Positions 16,269-26,528 of a DNA stretch of 59,332 bases are shown piece after piece (position 1 is the stretch's first letter; each line of letters starts with the position of its first letter). The stretch is from positions 1 through 59,332 of the forward strand of contig CAYRBH010000006.1 of NCBI GenBank assembly GCA_964422585.1, in the 5' to 3' direction. The position numbers and the translations under genes were made by a program. This DNA comes from an uncultured Gammaproteobacteria bacterium. Its GTDB lineage: Bacteria; Patescibacteriota; Patescibacteriia; UBA1558; 2-01-FULL-52-15. Under the pieces are notes generated by a model. That model ran no database searches. It was not told the DNA's origin and saw nothing but the letters and a program-made list of their open reading frames with translations.

Positions 16269-18536
16269 CTATCTTCGGAAATCTCTCCGCGGTCCTCCAT
16301 GGCCATTGCCTCCGGAACCACGAGGAGCGCTGCGATATCCATTGGCGCGGCGAGTGTCTTCGAAGCGTGGAGCATTCGGATCGAATGGCGGCGGGGTGAG
16401 CAAGGCTTTCGCTGAGAGACTAATACGTCCGCGTACCGGATCTACCTCGACGACCTTCACTTTCAGCATATCGCCGACTCGAACCACATCAGAAACCTTC
16501 CCGATGCGTTCATGGCGGAGCTGCGAGATATGAACCATACCATCTTTGCCCTTGGCAAGTTCGACGATAGCACCAATTTCCTCGCCAGAATTACGATCGG
16601 TGATGATCTGCGTGACCGGACCTTCATACACTTCTCCGACCTCTATTTCCTTCACGATGGACATGACCCAGGCTTTCGCCTTTTCAGCGCCCTCAGCGCT
16701 ATGCGAGGTTATGACAACAAAACCTTCATCATCGATGTCGATAGCCTCAACGCCGCAGGTATCAATGATCTCATTGATAATCTTACCGCCAGAACCGATG
16801 ACTTCGCGGATCTTGTCGACAGGGATATTGAGCGACAAAATACGCGGCGCATACTCAGAAAGCTCGGTACGAGGAGCAGCGATTGCCTGTGCCATAACCT
16901 TCAGGATCTGCAGGCGAGCGACGCGAGCCTGCTGTATGGCTTTCTGACAGATCTCAAGTGAAATACCACCCAGCTTAATATCCAATTGAATGGCCGTGAT
17001 ACCTGTCTCAGTGCCGGCTATTTTGAAATCCATATCACCAGCATGATCCTCGATGCCTTGAATGTCCGTCAAAATGCGATAGTCCTTTTTGTCATCCGGA
17101 TTCGTGATAAGGCCCATTGCGATACCAGCGCAGGCTGCCTTGATGGGCACGCCAGCGTCCATGAGAGCCAATGAAGAGCCGCAAATCGAGGCTTGCGATG
17201 AAGAGCCGTTCGAGCCCAGCACTTCTGATACGACTCGAATAGTGTAGGGGAACTTTTCTTTCGTTGGTATCAATGGTTCCAAAGCTTTCTCAGCGAGCGC
17301 ACCATGACCAATGTCGCGACGTGAGGGGCCACGCATCGCTTTCACTTCACCGACCGAGAAGGGTGGAAAGTTATAGTGATGCATGTAGCGCTTCGTACCT
17401 GACTCCTCCATGGTATCCAGTGTCTGCTCCATGCCCGGACTTCCTAATGTCACAATGGAAAGCACCTGTGTTTCGCCGCGTGCAAAGAGACCAGTACCAT
17501 GCGTGCGCGGCAGAATGCCGACTTCGGCTGACAGTGAGCGTATCTCATCGAGAGCTCTGCCATCGACGCGCTTATTGGTATGTAACACCAGATCGCGAGC
17601 AGCGTCTTCCAGGGCAAGCTCTAGAAGAGCGACCCCTTTCGCACGAGCATCCTTTGATACTTCATTATCTGCTTTTAAGAGTGCGTCCAGTTCGTCTTTC
17701 AGCGCGAACGTATTACTCTTGGTCGTTTCCTTGTCATGCGTCCAGACCTTCGTGAGATCCTTGCTCGCGATGAATGCTTTCACCTTTGACTGAATGAGAT
17801 CCTGCAGTTTCTGCTCATCTTCTTTCAGCGGCGGGTGTACGGATTTCGGCATCGCGCAGGCATCGATCGCTTGCGTAACGAATGTGAGTACATCCGCGAT
17901 CTGTTTACTCGCGAAAGCGATAGATTCATACATCATATCCTCGGGGATCTCCTTCGCTCCTGACTCGATCATGACGACCTCATCAGCCGTGCCTGCGACG
18001 AAGAGATCCATGTCGCTCTGCATACGATGCTCATAGGTCGGATTCACGGTCATGACACCATCCTTGCGGCCGACACACACTGCCGCCAATGGTCCATTCC
18101 ACGGGATCGGGGAAATGCCGAGCGCCACTGACGTCGCGAGTAATGCCGCAAAATCAGGCGTATTCTCCTGATCGATGGAGAGCACGGTGACGACGACCTG
18201 CACATCTTTACGCACCGCGTCCTTGAACAGCGGACGGATGCTGCGATCGATCAAGCGTGCAGTAAGAATAGCCTCATCAGTCGCTCGGCCTTCACGTTTG
18301 ATGAAACGAGAACCCTTGATCTTACCGGCCGCGTACAGACGCTCCTCATAGTCCACCATGAGGGGGAAATAATCGACCCCTTCGCGCTCTTTCGGAGCGA
18401 TGACTGCCGTTGCCAACACTACCGTGTCGCCATAGCGGACGGTGCATGAGCCATGCGCTTGCAGCGCAAGCTTACCTATCTCAATAACGAGTTTGCGTCC
18501 CGCAAATTCGCGTTCGAACCTTTTCACATTATTCAT
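16269..18536 (-). CDS. pnp: Polyribonucleotide nucleotidyltransferase
   Basis: RNase PH domains ([16 protein letters not shown]), KH and S1 domains. Confidence 0.97.
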   Translation of the reverse strand: MNNVKRFEREFAGRKLVIEIGKLALQAHGSCTVRYGDTVVLATAVIAPKEREGVDYFPLMVDYEERLYAAGKIKGSRFIKREGRATDEAILTARLIDRSIRPLFKDAVRKDVQVVVTVLSIDQENTPDFAALLATSVALGISPIPWNGPLAAVCVGRKDGVMTVNPTYEHRMQSDMDLFVAGTADEVVMIESGAKEIPEDMMYESIAFASKQIADVLTFVTQAIDACAMPKSVHPPLKEDEQKLQDLIQSKVKAFIASKDLTKVWTHDKETTKSNTFALKDELDALLKADNEVSKDARAKGVALLELALEDAARDLVLHTNKRVDGRALDEIRSLSAEVGILPRTHGTGLFARGETQVLSIVTLGSPGMEQTLDTMEESGTKRYMHHYNFPPFSVGEVKAMRGPSRRDIGHGALAEKALEPLIPTKEKFPYTIRVVSEVLGSNGSSSQASICGSSLALMDAGVPIKAACAGIAMGLITNPDDKKDYRILTDIQGIEDHAGDMDFKIAGTETGITAIQLDIKLGGISLEICQKAIQQARVARLQILKVMAQAIAAPRTELSEYAPRILSLNIPVDKIREVIGSGGKIINEIIDTCGVEAIDIDDEGFVVITSHSAEGAEKAKAWVMSIVKEIEVGEVYEGPVTQIITDRNSGEEIGAIVELAKGKDGMVHISQLRHERIGKVSDVVRVGDMLKVKVVEVDPVRGRISLSAKALLTPPPFDPNAPRFEDTRRANGYRSAPRGSGGNGHGGPRRDFRR

Positions 18537-18703
18537 TCTGTGATTCCTTCTGGCACGATCGTGCACGTTCGTTCGAGGTGATACAGTTTTTTGAGTAGCT
18601 TATGGCTTACTGAAACCCAAAAGGGTCGTTACAGTATGCTCTAAGCTCCTCAAAGTACTCTACCACCAGCACACGCACGAATGACGATCCTGCGCTTACT
18701 TAA

Positions 18704-19204
18704 TTAATGTAACAAAAACTTCTTTATTTGTTTTGATATGTCCAAGAAATCATCTGCCTTCTCTTTCAATTGTCCTGATGCGGTCTCGCCAAAGGCTGCC
18801 ACTTCCACCAAGATGCCGTGATTCTGCAAATACTCAACTGCCGGCACATAGTCACCGTCGCCCGAAATGAGGACGACTACATCGACCGAGCGGGACATTT
18901 TAATAGCATCGATGACAATACCGACGTCCCAGTCGCCTTTCTTCGTACCGCCGGCGAACACTTGCAGATCCTTTGCTTTGATCTCATACCCCTGCTTCTC
19001 CAGGGCGGTGAAAAAGTGATCATCCTCTGACTGTGGCCCGCGAATAACATAGGCCGTCGCACGGATCAGTTTGCGACCAGCGACGACGCTGGTCAGTAGT
19101 GCGCCGAAGTTTACCTTACCTTGATACAAATTCTTCGCCGAATAGTACATATTCTGTACATCGACGAATACTCCGACTCGCTGTTCTTTGTGTTTTACTA
19201 TCAT
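18704..19204 (-). CDS. NYN (LabA/DUF88) domain protein
   Basis: VFVDVQNMY, KGDWDVGIVID, SGDGDYVP. Confidence 0.9.
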   Translation of the reverse strand: MIVKHKEQRVGVFVDVQNMYYSAKNLYQGKVNFGALLTSVVAGRKLIRATAYVIRGPQSEDDHFFTALEKQGYEIKAKDLQVFAGGTKKGDWDVGIVIDAIKMSRSVDVVVLISGDGDYVPAVEYLQNHGILVEVAAFGETASGQLKEKADDFLDISKQIKKFLLH

Positions 19205-19252
19205 ATATTCTCACGAACAAACCCCGCTCTCAAGAACGGGGTCGTTATCAAG

Positions 19253-19606
19253 TTATATTTCTTCTGCTTCTTTCTCTTCTTCCTCTGCGGCGACCGCCAG
19301 ATCTTCTTCTCCGAGCGCCTCCGGCATTTCACCTTGCTTCGGAGCTTTCAATTTCAAAGCCTTGATCAGTTTGGTAAAACTTTTCTCATTATCCTTGCGT
19401 AGATACCGCAACAACTTGCGTCGCTGTGAGACCTTACGGAGCAATCCCCTGCGTGAGGAGAAATCCTTCTTATGGTCCTTCAAGTGCTTCGAGAGATCCT
19501 TAATCTCTGCGGTCAAGATCGCGATCTGCACTTCTGCCGAACCAGTATCGTTCTTATGGGTTCGGAACTTCTCAATAACTTTCTCTTTTTGTGCCTTTGA
19601 AAGCAT
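19253..19606 (-). CDS. rpsO: 30S ribosomal protein S15 with acidic C-terminal tail
   Basis: DTGSAEVQIAILT, HKKDFSSRRGLL motifs. Confidence 0.97.
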   Translation of the reverse strand: MLSKAQKEKVIEKFRTHKNDTGSAEVQIAILTAEIKDLSKHLKDHKKDFSSRRGLLRKVSQRRKLLRYLRKDNEKSFTKLIKALKLKAPKQGEMPEALGEEDLAVAAEEEEKEAEEI

Positions 19607-19779
19607 AGGCTGTCCTTTCGATGCCTGTCCGAGAAAACGGCCGAGATACTCCGCTCTCCAAGGCAGGTATTAATGAGTTAACGAATAGGATATTACGAAA
19701 AATGATCGATCTTGTCAAGTTTTTTAAAAAAAATAAAGACCCTGATGACAAAATACCCCGAGTGTCATAAAATATAGCC

Positions 19780-20547
19780 ATGGCACGAAACATCGATACC
19801 GCGCTGACACAATTCTGCATCTATCTCAAACGAACAAAAAAGAGCTCGGATCTGACCATCACTCACTATCGCGAGTATTTACGGCGTTTCTTCGAATCAC
19901 AAAAGATACTAACGGCGAGCAACATTACTTCCCGAAAAGTCGAACTCTTCCAGAAAGAGCTGAAAGCTGCCGGACTACAATCAACCACTCAAAATTATTA
20001 TCTGATAGCATTACGCGGCTTCATCCGCTGGCTGCCGAACGATGAACGACGACTGTCTTATCGATCCATAGCTTTGACTCCGATACAGTATCGCTCCCCT
20101 GCCTCCCTGCCGAAGCACTCGATCAACGCTCTCCTGAAAGAACAGCTCAGCGCTATGAATGCAAATCCATTGAGCCTCAGAGATCGGGCTATTCTTGAGC
20201 TGCTCTGGAGCACCGGACTCAAACTCTATGAGCTTCCGCGGCTTACTATCGAAGGATTCGACCTCAAACGAAAACAGCTGAGCATCGCCGGGTCACATCC
20301 ACGCACGATCAAACTTACTACTCACGCACACTACTACCTGAGTGAATATCTCAAGCTGCGGCAGGATCAGAATCCGTATCTGTTCATCAGTCATGACCGG
20401 GCTGGCACACAGCGTGGCGCAGGCACATCTATGAGCACACGTTCCATACAGCGCCTCATCACCAAACACAGCAGGCGCGCGGGTCAAGGGCGCAGCGTTA
20501 CTGCCCGTACCATACAGCGCGCTCGGGCAGCAGAGCCTCTCTCCTGA
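19780..20547 (+). CDS. XerC/XerD-like tyrosine recombinase homolog, apparently catalytically degenerate and C-terminally truncated
   Basis: SAM-like N-terminal domain, RDRAILELLWSTGLK (R to K); HxxRH replaced by RTIQR; ends before the catalytic Tyr. Confidence 0.75.
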   Translation: MARNIDTALTQFCIYLKRTKKSSDLTITHYREYLRRFFESQKILTASNITSRKVELFQKELKAAGLQSTTQNYYLIALRGFIRWLPNDERRLSYRSIALTPIQYRSPASLPKHSINALLKEQLSAMNANPLSLRDRAILELLWSTGLKLYELPRLTIEGFDLKRKQLSIAGSHPRTIKLTTHAHYYLSEYLKLRQDQNPYLFISHDRAGTQRGAGTSMSTRSIQRLITKHSRRAGQGRSVTARTIQRARAAEPLS

Positions 20548-20586
20548 GTAATTGCCCCGCGCGCATGAATACTTTACAATAATGCT

Positions 20587-21639
20587 ATGGCCGAAAAAAT
20601 ATTCTCACCAGAACAAAAAGAGCGGGTGCTGACACGTGATGAGATCATCGCGCAGTATCGCGATCAGTACACCGAGCCAGAACAGCTGCCGATCAAGATT
20701 GATGAAGTAAGCCGTACGACACGGCCTCGCTTCTTCCAAGATATGATCGCACAGCGCATCATGCAGGATCGGCAACGCTACAATAGCGGCAATGCATTTC
20801 CGCTAGATATTGAACGGAAAGCCTCCTATGAGATCGGCGAGGAATATGAACTCCCGCCACTAACCTCGGAGGGCGCGGCAGAGAGCGAGCGATCGCTTTT
20901 CAAGGATAAGACCGGGCTCTGGAATGAAGAGTATTTCAAAAAATACACCGCGGAGACCATCAATGACGAACTGATCAACGCGGATCGACATACCTACACT
21001 CATATCGCGATGTTCGCCATCGATCTGAACGGACTGAAGGCTTTGAACGATTACTATAGTCGAAACGCTGGAGATGCCTACCTGCAACGTATCGCTGACT
21101 GGCTCCAGCACAGTGAAACGCTTTTTCAGCTCGCAGAGAAAGGCGTTGGTATTGGGGTGACACGGGCTCGACTCGGAGCAGGAGCTGCTGATGAATTTAT
21201 GATACTAGCAAAAGGGAAGCCCTCGGATGATCACATCGACTGGGAGGCGCTTTGGAGCGAAACGTCTATTCGGCTCCAGGAAGAAATGGCAGCCTTGGAC
21301 ATGAGCGATATCTGGCCAGCTGAAGAAATAGAACAAGCCATCACGACACATCGTCTGCGTGAACGCATCCCTGATCTGCCCCCTAACCTGACCTTCCGAG
21401 CGACAGCTGGTTTCGGCAGAACGACGATGGAGTATGTGCTCAATGCTGGCGAAAAAAATGATGAGCGCAACCAGATCACTAAAAACGATCAGAGTAGCAC
21501 GATGTTACAGAAACTATCCGGTGGCATGATCAGTGTAAGCCTGAAATATATGAAAGAGGAAAAAAATATGACCAAAGAACATCCGCTGACTCCCCAAGAG
21601 TATGGACTTGGTCAGATCATCAAATCCACTGGTAGGTAG
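20587..21639 (+). CDS. GGDEF-domain protein with variant AADEF motif
   Basis: IDLNGLKALNDYY...GDAYL, ARLGAGAADEF. Confidence 0.75.
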   Translation: MAEKIFSPEQKERVLTRDEIIAQYRDQYTEPEQLPIKIDEVSRTTRPRFFQDMIAQRIMQDRQRYNSGNAFPLDIERKASYEIGEEYELPPLTSEGAAESERSLFKDKTGLWNEEYFKKYTAETINDELINADRHTYTHIAMFAIDLNGLKALNDYYSRNAGDAYLQRIADWLQHSETLFQLAEKGVGIGVTRARLGAGAADEFMILAKGKPSDDHIDWEALWSETSIRLQEEMAALDMSDIWPAEEIEQAITTHRLRERIPDLPPNLTFRATAGFGRTTMEYVLNAGEKNDERNQITKNDQSSTMLQKLSGGMISVSLKYMKEEKNMTKEHPLTPQEYGLGQIIKSTGR

Positions 21640-22395
21640 TTAATGATCGAACGGCAGAGAGGTTACCTTGAACACAATGCTATCGGTAGCCTCGACGATC
21701 GCATTGAATGTCGATGTACCGTCGGCTAATTTAAATGCTGTCTTGTCAGGTAGTTGATAGGTCACGGCGAATGTATATGAGCCGGTTTCTAGATCCTTCC
21801 GTGCATTCGTGACCGAAAAGGAGAGACATTTTGGCGTCGAGGTTTCTTTCATGCAATAGGCCTCGAGAAGCTTCGGCAGTGACGAAGCGTCGGTGCCATA
21901 CGGCACGAGTCGTGCGATAGAACCACCATAGAGCGTTGCGGCATTCTCATAATCCCCACCTTCAAGGAAGGTCAGGAACCGAACCAGCGTCAGATTTGCA
22001 TCCTGCAGATCACGTCCGGTGACGTCATTGATCTTCATGACACGTACATCCGGATACTCTATCGTATAGATGAACTCGAGCTTCGAGGTTGTCTGCCCGT
22101 CACTAGCTTCTACCTCGGCTAAGTTCTGGTTCGGAAAATTAAGACTCTTGATTTGCCAGGACTTGCCGAGCGCGGGCCTATTGGGATTGACCTGAGCGTC
22201 ATTGATATGATCATAGATAAAAACCGTGAACAGGCCGCGCGACTGCGCAGGAGAGACCGGAGCTGTGCCGCCCAGATCGCCGAACAGCACATAGAGGCTG
22301 AATACCACTGAAGCTGCGCTGAACAGAACGAGCAATGCTAAGAGTATATTCTTGGCTACTTTTACCTCCTTCGAATCGACCGGCGTTTTTTGCAT
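21640..22395 (-). CDS. Hypothetical protein with N-terminal TM helix
   Basis: Long ORF; probable start MQKTPVDS. Confidence 0.7.
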   Translation of the reverse strand: MQKTPVDSKEVKVAKNILLALLVLFSAASVVFSLYVLFGDLGGTAPVSPAQSRGLFTVFIYDHINDAQVNPNRPALGKSWQIKSLNFPNQNLAEVEASDGQTTSKLEFIYTIEYPDVRVMKINDVTGRDLQDANLTLVRFLTFLEGGDYENAATLYGGSIARLVPYGTDASSLPKLLEAYCMKETSTPKCLSFSVTNARKDLETGSYTFAVTYQLPDKTAFKLADGTSTFNAIVEATDSIVFKVTSLPFDH

Positions 22396-22504
22396 AGGTA
22401 TACCTATTGTAACACGTTGCATAGCCTTGATACAACCGAAAACCTCGATGCACATTGACAAATCAAGACCCTACGATACACTCAATTTTCAGAAGAGACT
22501 CCCC

Positions 22505-23323
22505 ATGAAACCACTCCTCCTCATAGAAAATCTATCGGTCCGCATCGGAACGAAAAAAATCATCGACCGCTTCTCTCTGAGTATGCGTCCCGGTGAGCTG
22601 CATGTCTTGATGGGTCCGAATGGTTCTGGCAAGAGCACTGTATCACAGGCGCTTTTAGCACACCCTCAATACAAGGTTACGGCCACTAAACTGCGATTCG
22701 CTACTACAGATATTCGGAAGCTGAGCACCGATGCGCGAGCGCGCTTGGGGATTTTCCTTGGCTTTCAGTATCCGCTTTCGATCCCTGGTATCTCCCTCAG
22801 TACCATACTCCCCGCAGCTCAACGTGAAAGCGCAACAGCACAAAGCTCCAGCAAAGTCCTGCATGCGACCCTGGCATCAAAAATGGAATATGAATCGCGA
22901 GAACGGCAGACGAAGCTTCGCGCCGATCTGACGCATGCCATTACGGCGCTTGGCATGGATCCAGCGATGCTCTATCGCGGCTTGAATGATGGATTCTCCG
23001 GCGGCGAGAAGAAGAAAGCCGAAATACTGCAAATGATCGCTCTGCGGCCGAAGCTTGCCATCCTGGATGAGCCAGACTCTGGACTCGATATCGATGCGCT
23101 AAAAAAAATAGCCCACGCTATCAATGCAGCACACAAAGCTGGAATGGCGCTGCTCTTGATAACACATTATCAGCGCATACTGAAATATCTACATCCGGAT
23201 CATGTGCATATACTGGCCAATGGGCATATCGTTCAGTCAGGCGGCCCTGAGCTAGCAAGAGCCATAGAAAAGAAAGGCTATGAGCAGAGCATACCAACGA
23301 AGGCACAAAAGCATGCGAAATAA
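22505..23323 (+). CDS. sufC: Fe-S cluster assembly ATPase SufC
   Basis: MGPNGSGKST, FQYP, GFSGGEKKKAEILQ, LLLITHYQRIL. Confidence 0.95.
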   Translation: MKPLLLIENLSVRIGTKKIIDRFSLSMRPGELHVLMGPNGSGKSTVSQALLAHPQYKVTATKLRFATTDIRKLSTDARARLGIFLGFQYPLSIPGISLSTILPAAQRESATAQSSSKVLHATLASKMEYESRERQTKLRADLTHAITALGMDPAMLYRGLNDGFSGGEKKKAEILQMIALRPKLAILDEPDSGLDIDALKKIAHAINAAHKAGMALLLITHYQRILKYLHPDHVHILANGHIVQSGGPELARAIEKKGYEQSIPTKAQKHAK

Positions 23324-24722
23324 CATCGCTGTCAAAAAAAAATTCGAGCGGCCATACCAGTACGGCTTCCATGATCCTGAAGACTCTCTCTTTCGAAGTC
23401 CGAAGGGCGCTTCGCATGCAGTCGTCGACATCATCTCAGATCAAAAGGGCGAGCCATCATGGGTTCGAGAAAATCGGCATAAGGCACTTGATTTTTTTCT
23501 CAGTCGTCCGGTACCGCAGTGGGGCGCCGACCTATCGGCAATAAACTTTGACGATATCTACTACTATATCCGGCCGACCGAACGGAAAGGGACCAGTTGG
23601 GCCGACTTGCCCGATGCGATACAGACCACCTTCGAGAAGTTACGGATCCCCGAGTATGAACGGGAGTTTCTCGCGGGGGTCGGCGCACAATATGATTCTG
23701 AAAATGTGTATCATCATATCAATCAACGGCTGAAAAAAACCGGCGTCATCTTTACCGATGTGGAAACAGCCTGCCGGAAGTATCCAGCATTGGTAAAAAA
23801 ATATTTCGGAACAGTCGTTTCGGCTAATGATAATAAGTTCGCCGCATTAAATACGGCCATGTGGTCCGGCGGCAGCTTCGTCTATGTGCCGAAAGGTGTG
23901 CATGTCGACCTGCCGCTACAAGCCTATTTCCGGATCAATGCGAAGAATATGGGACAATTCGAACGTACGCTCATCATCGCGGATGAAGGCAGCTTCGTGC
24001 ACTATGTCGAGGGTTGCTCGGCGCCGGTCTATGTTTCCTCATCGCTACATAGCGCGGTCGTCGAGATAGTTGCTTTGAAAAACGCTCGCGTGCGCTATAC
24101 CACGGTTCAAAATTGGTCGAAGAATGTCTATAATCTCGTGACCAAACGCGCGCATGCACATGAGAACGCGATCGTAGAATGGGTCGACTTCAATTTCGGC
24201 GCCAAAGCAACGATGAAATACCCTTCGGTCTATCTTATTGGTAAAGGAGCTCGGGCAGATATTCTATCAATGGCGTTCGCTGGTGAAAAGCAGCATCAGG
24301 ACGCAGGCTCGAAGGTGATACACGTTGCTCCCAATACGAGCTCTCGGGTCATTTCTAAATCAGTGTCCGCCTATGGCGGCAGAACTTCGTATCGCGGCTT
24401 GGTGTTTGTCGGACCGAAGGCCCTTGGCGCCAAAGTTACTGTGAATTGTGATGCCCTGCTCCTCGATCCCTCATCACGTTCAGACACCTATCCTACAATG
24501 CGTATCCATACGAATGACGCGACCATCGAGCATGAGGCAACCGTTTCGAAAATCGGTGAAGAGCAGCTGTTCTATTTACAATCCCGCGGTCTCACGAAGG
24601 AGCAAGCCTCGGTCATGTTGGTGAATGGCTTCATCGAGCCGCTGGTGAAAGAGTTGCCGATGGAATATGCGGTGGAGATGAATCGATTGATCGAACTGGA
24701 AATGGAGGGCTCGGTAGGATGA
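23313..24722 (+). CDS. sufB: Fe-S cluster assembly protein SufB
   Basis: QAYFRIN..GQFERTL, YVEGCSAP, LHSAVVE, EYAVEMNRLIELEMEGSVG. Confidence 0.97.
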   Translation: MRNNIAVKKKFERPYQYGFHDPEDSLFRSPKGASHAVVDIISDQKGEPSWVRENRHKALDFFLSRPVPQWGADLSAINFDDIYYYIRPTERKGTSWADLPDAIQTTFEKLRIPEYEREFLAGVGAQYDSENVYHHINQRLKKTGVIFTDVETACRKYPALVKKYFGTVVSANDNKFAALNTAMWSGGSFVYVPKGVHVDLPLQAYFRINAKNMGQFERTLIIADEGSFVHYVEGCSAPVYVSSSLHSAVVEIVALKNARVRYTTVQNWSKNVYNLVTKRAHAHENAIVEWVDFNFGAKATMKYPSVYLIGKGARADILSMAFAGEKQHQDAGSKVIHVAPNTSSRVISKSVSAYGGRTSYRGLVFVGPKALGAKVTVNCDALLLDPSSRSDTYPTMRIHTNDATIEHEATVSKIGEEQLFYLQSRGLTKEQASVMLVNGFIEPLVKELPMEYAVEMNRLIELEMEGSVG

Positions 24723-24747
24723 TGCCAGCAAAGAAGATTGGAGATGC

Positions 24748-24767
24748 CTGCCTGCCGGCAGGCAGGG
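24748..24767. repeat. 20-bp perfect palindrome CCTGCCTGCCGGCAGGCAGG (REP-like)
   Basis: Exact self-complementarity; lies at the junction of sufB and the foreign island. Confidence 0.8.
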
Positions 24768-24791
24768 AAGGGAGTGTCGGATACATTAGAT

Positions 24792-24823
24792 AAAAAAGAG
24801 GGCAGGCTCGAGGAGCCTGCCCT
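24792..24823 (-). terminator. Intrinsic terminator of the island operon
   Basis: AGGGCAGGCTC-GAG-GAGCCTGCCCT with a T tract on the minus strand. Confidence 0.75.
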
Positions 24824-24871
24824 ATGACAACCACATTGGGTTATTACTCAAAACTACCGCTGCACCCCCTT

Positions 24872-25153
24872 CTACCCGGGGAAGACTTCCAGCCACTCCC
24901 TCCGTGCCCTAATCAGGTACGGAATACCGATGACGGCGAGCGCCCCAACCAACCAGCTGAGTGTTTTCAGCTCGCGCCAGGCAAAGGAGCGAAGAGTGGC
25001 GTTGTGGAAGCATCCTGAGATCAGGAAACAGATGCTCAAGATCACGAAAATCCAGAAGCCGAGGGCCAGCCATCCGCCGAACTCCTCGTCATCCAGCCAG
25101 TAGTACCTGAGCATGTGCCAGACCGAAGGCCGTTTCTGAATCGTGCTCGACAT
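24872..25153 (-). CDS. Hypothetical 2-TM protein (island)
   Basis: 93 aa, strong SD AAGGAGGTG. Confidence 0.7.
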   Translation of the reverse strand: MSSTIQKRPSVWHMLRYYWLDDEEFGGWLALGFWIFVILSICFLISGCFHNATLRSFAWRELKTLSWLVGALAVIGIPYLIRARREWLEVFPG

Positions 25154-25185
25154 CGATCACCTCCTTCCCGAATTGAGTTCCAGGG

Positions 25186-25320
25186 CTAATCCGGCCAGCG
25201 ATACGACTCTCGGGTATACCCCTTGAAGCCGAGACGCGCGGCCAGATTATTCCGGAAGGTGCTCGCGAGCAGCAGACAGTCGATCGCGAAGATCACCAAG
25301 AGAAATTTCAGCCGCCTCAC
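25186..25320 (-). CDS. Small 44-aa protein (island), missed by the ORF track
   Basis: GGAGG SD, GTG start, MRRLKFLLVIFAIDCLLLASTFRNNLAARLGFKGYTRESYRWPD. Confidence 0.55.
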   Translation of the reverse strand: MRRLKFLLVIFAIDCLLLASTFRNNLAARLGFKGYTRESYRWPD

Positions 25321-25331
25321 GAGTTATCCTC

Positions 25332-25712
25332 CTAGAGTTGGGACCAGGATTCCCCGTCCTGGTTGCTGTTGCCATTGGCGCCTGACGAATGAGTCGACGA
25401 GCCTTCGATCTCGAGAATGTGACGCAGGTTGTGTCCGATCAGGAGCTGACGCAGAGTCTCCGACGGCTTCACGACCCGAAAATCGATCGGCGGGTCATAC
25501 GCCATCGCTGACAGAACAGCATCCCGAAATGCCTGGAGTCCGACCTTGTCGATGTTCTGGACATGAGCCAGGCTGATCTTGACCCTGGAGACGCTGGTCT
25601 CAAACAGATCAGCCAGGATATCAGCGAAGCTGTTGACTGGGTAGCCAGCCACCAGGTCTCCATCAGGTTCGAGAACAACACCGCCATTCTCCGTGACGAT
25701 CTTGAATCGCAT
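25332..25712 (-). CDS. STAS-like protein, degenerate phospho-motif
   Basis: VKISLAHVQNIDKVGLQAF...V..PSETLRQLL; GGAGG SD. Confidence 0.6.
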   Translation of the reverse strand: MRFKIVTENGGVVLEPDGDLVAGYPVNSFADILADLFETSVSRVKISLAHVQNIDKVGLQAFRDAVLSAMAYDPPIDFRVVKPSETLRQLLIGHNLRHILEIEGSSTHSSGANGNSNQDGESWSQL

Positions 25713-25720
25713 GCACCCTC

Positions 25721-26149
25721 CTAGTGCTCGTAGTGTTCGCAGCCGTCCGGATTCGGGCCTTCCTGGCCGCCAGCATAGGGACTCGTGAACGGAATCTTCA
25801 GGTCGATCTGAAACTCGTTGTCGATGATCTCGAAGATCTGGTAAAGCCCCGTGGTCATGAGGATCCGACGCGGTTCACCATTGACCCTCATGAGCTTCAG
25901 CTTGATCGGAGGCTCGTGACCGGAACAAGCCGCGAGAACTCCGACCATCTCACCCACGGCCGCGGAGTCGATGAAGTTGACTCGACTGAAGTCCAGAACG
26001 ATGATCCTGGGTTTCGCGGGGAATACCTGACGGACAGTATTCCGGAGGAATTTCTCACAGCCACCGACGGTAATCCCACCCTGCAGTTTGAGTACGGCGA
26101 TGTCGCCGTGCTCACTGAACTCCAACCTGATCTGAAGCAAACGATCCAT
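25721..26149 (-). CDS. STAS domain anti-sigma factor antagonist-like protein
   Basis: IAVLKLQG, IVLDFSRVNFIDSAAVG, RILMTTGL; start MDRLL with AAGGAG SD. Confidence 0.85.
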   Translation of the reverse strand: MDRLLQIRLEFSEHGDIAVLKLQGGITVGGCEKFLRNTVRQVFPAKPRIIVLDFSRVNFIDSAAVGEMVGVLAACSGHEPPIKLKLMRVNGEPRRILMTTGLYQIFEIIDNEFQIDLKIPFTSPYAGGQEGPNPDGCEHYEH

Positions 26150-26198
26150 GACATTCTCCTTAGCTCCCTGTGGCGGAGCCAGCCCTTGTTGAGAGTGT

Positions 26199-26528
26199 TT
26201 ACTTCCTGTCCCTTGCCCGCCTCGGACGAATGAAATACTCCGCAGCGGTCTTCGGCTCCTCGACGACGAGCGGCGGAGTAACGCGGTTGGCAAGCAACTC
26301 GATCGCCTGATTCTTGGTAAGAACCTGCCAATCCCACGAGGTTTCGTTCTTCCTCTTTTCCGAGATGCCGACAGAATTGTCGTTCTCGATGCCCGCATAC
26401 CAGAAACAGTCGCCGCTCGGCATCGTGATCACCGCGCCGCTGAACTTACTCAGCACCTCTAGCTTCTCATCCTCAGTCATCGCAGCGACCACTGCCTGCG
26501 CATTTGGAAAATGCGCCCATCTGCTCAT
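26199..26528 (-). CDS. Hypothetical protein (first gene of the island)
   Basis: 109 aa, SD-like GGGGGTGG. Confidence 0.65.
   Translation of the reverse strand: MSRWAHFPNAQAVVAAMTEDEKLEVLSKFSGAVITMPSGDCFWYAGIENDNSVGISEKRKNETSWDWQVLTKNQAIELLANRVTPPLVVEEPKTAAEYFIRPRRARDRK

Noticed and set aside
19780-20547. Xer-like gene as the integron integrase
   Set aside because: It is 12 kb from the array, lacks the catalytic R/HxxR/Y residues, and has no recognisable IntI-specific insertion
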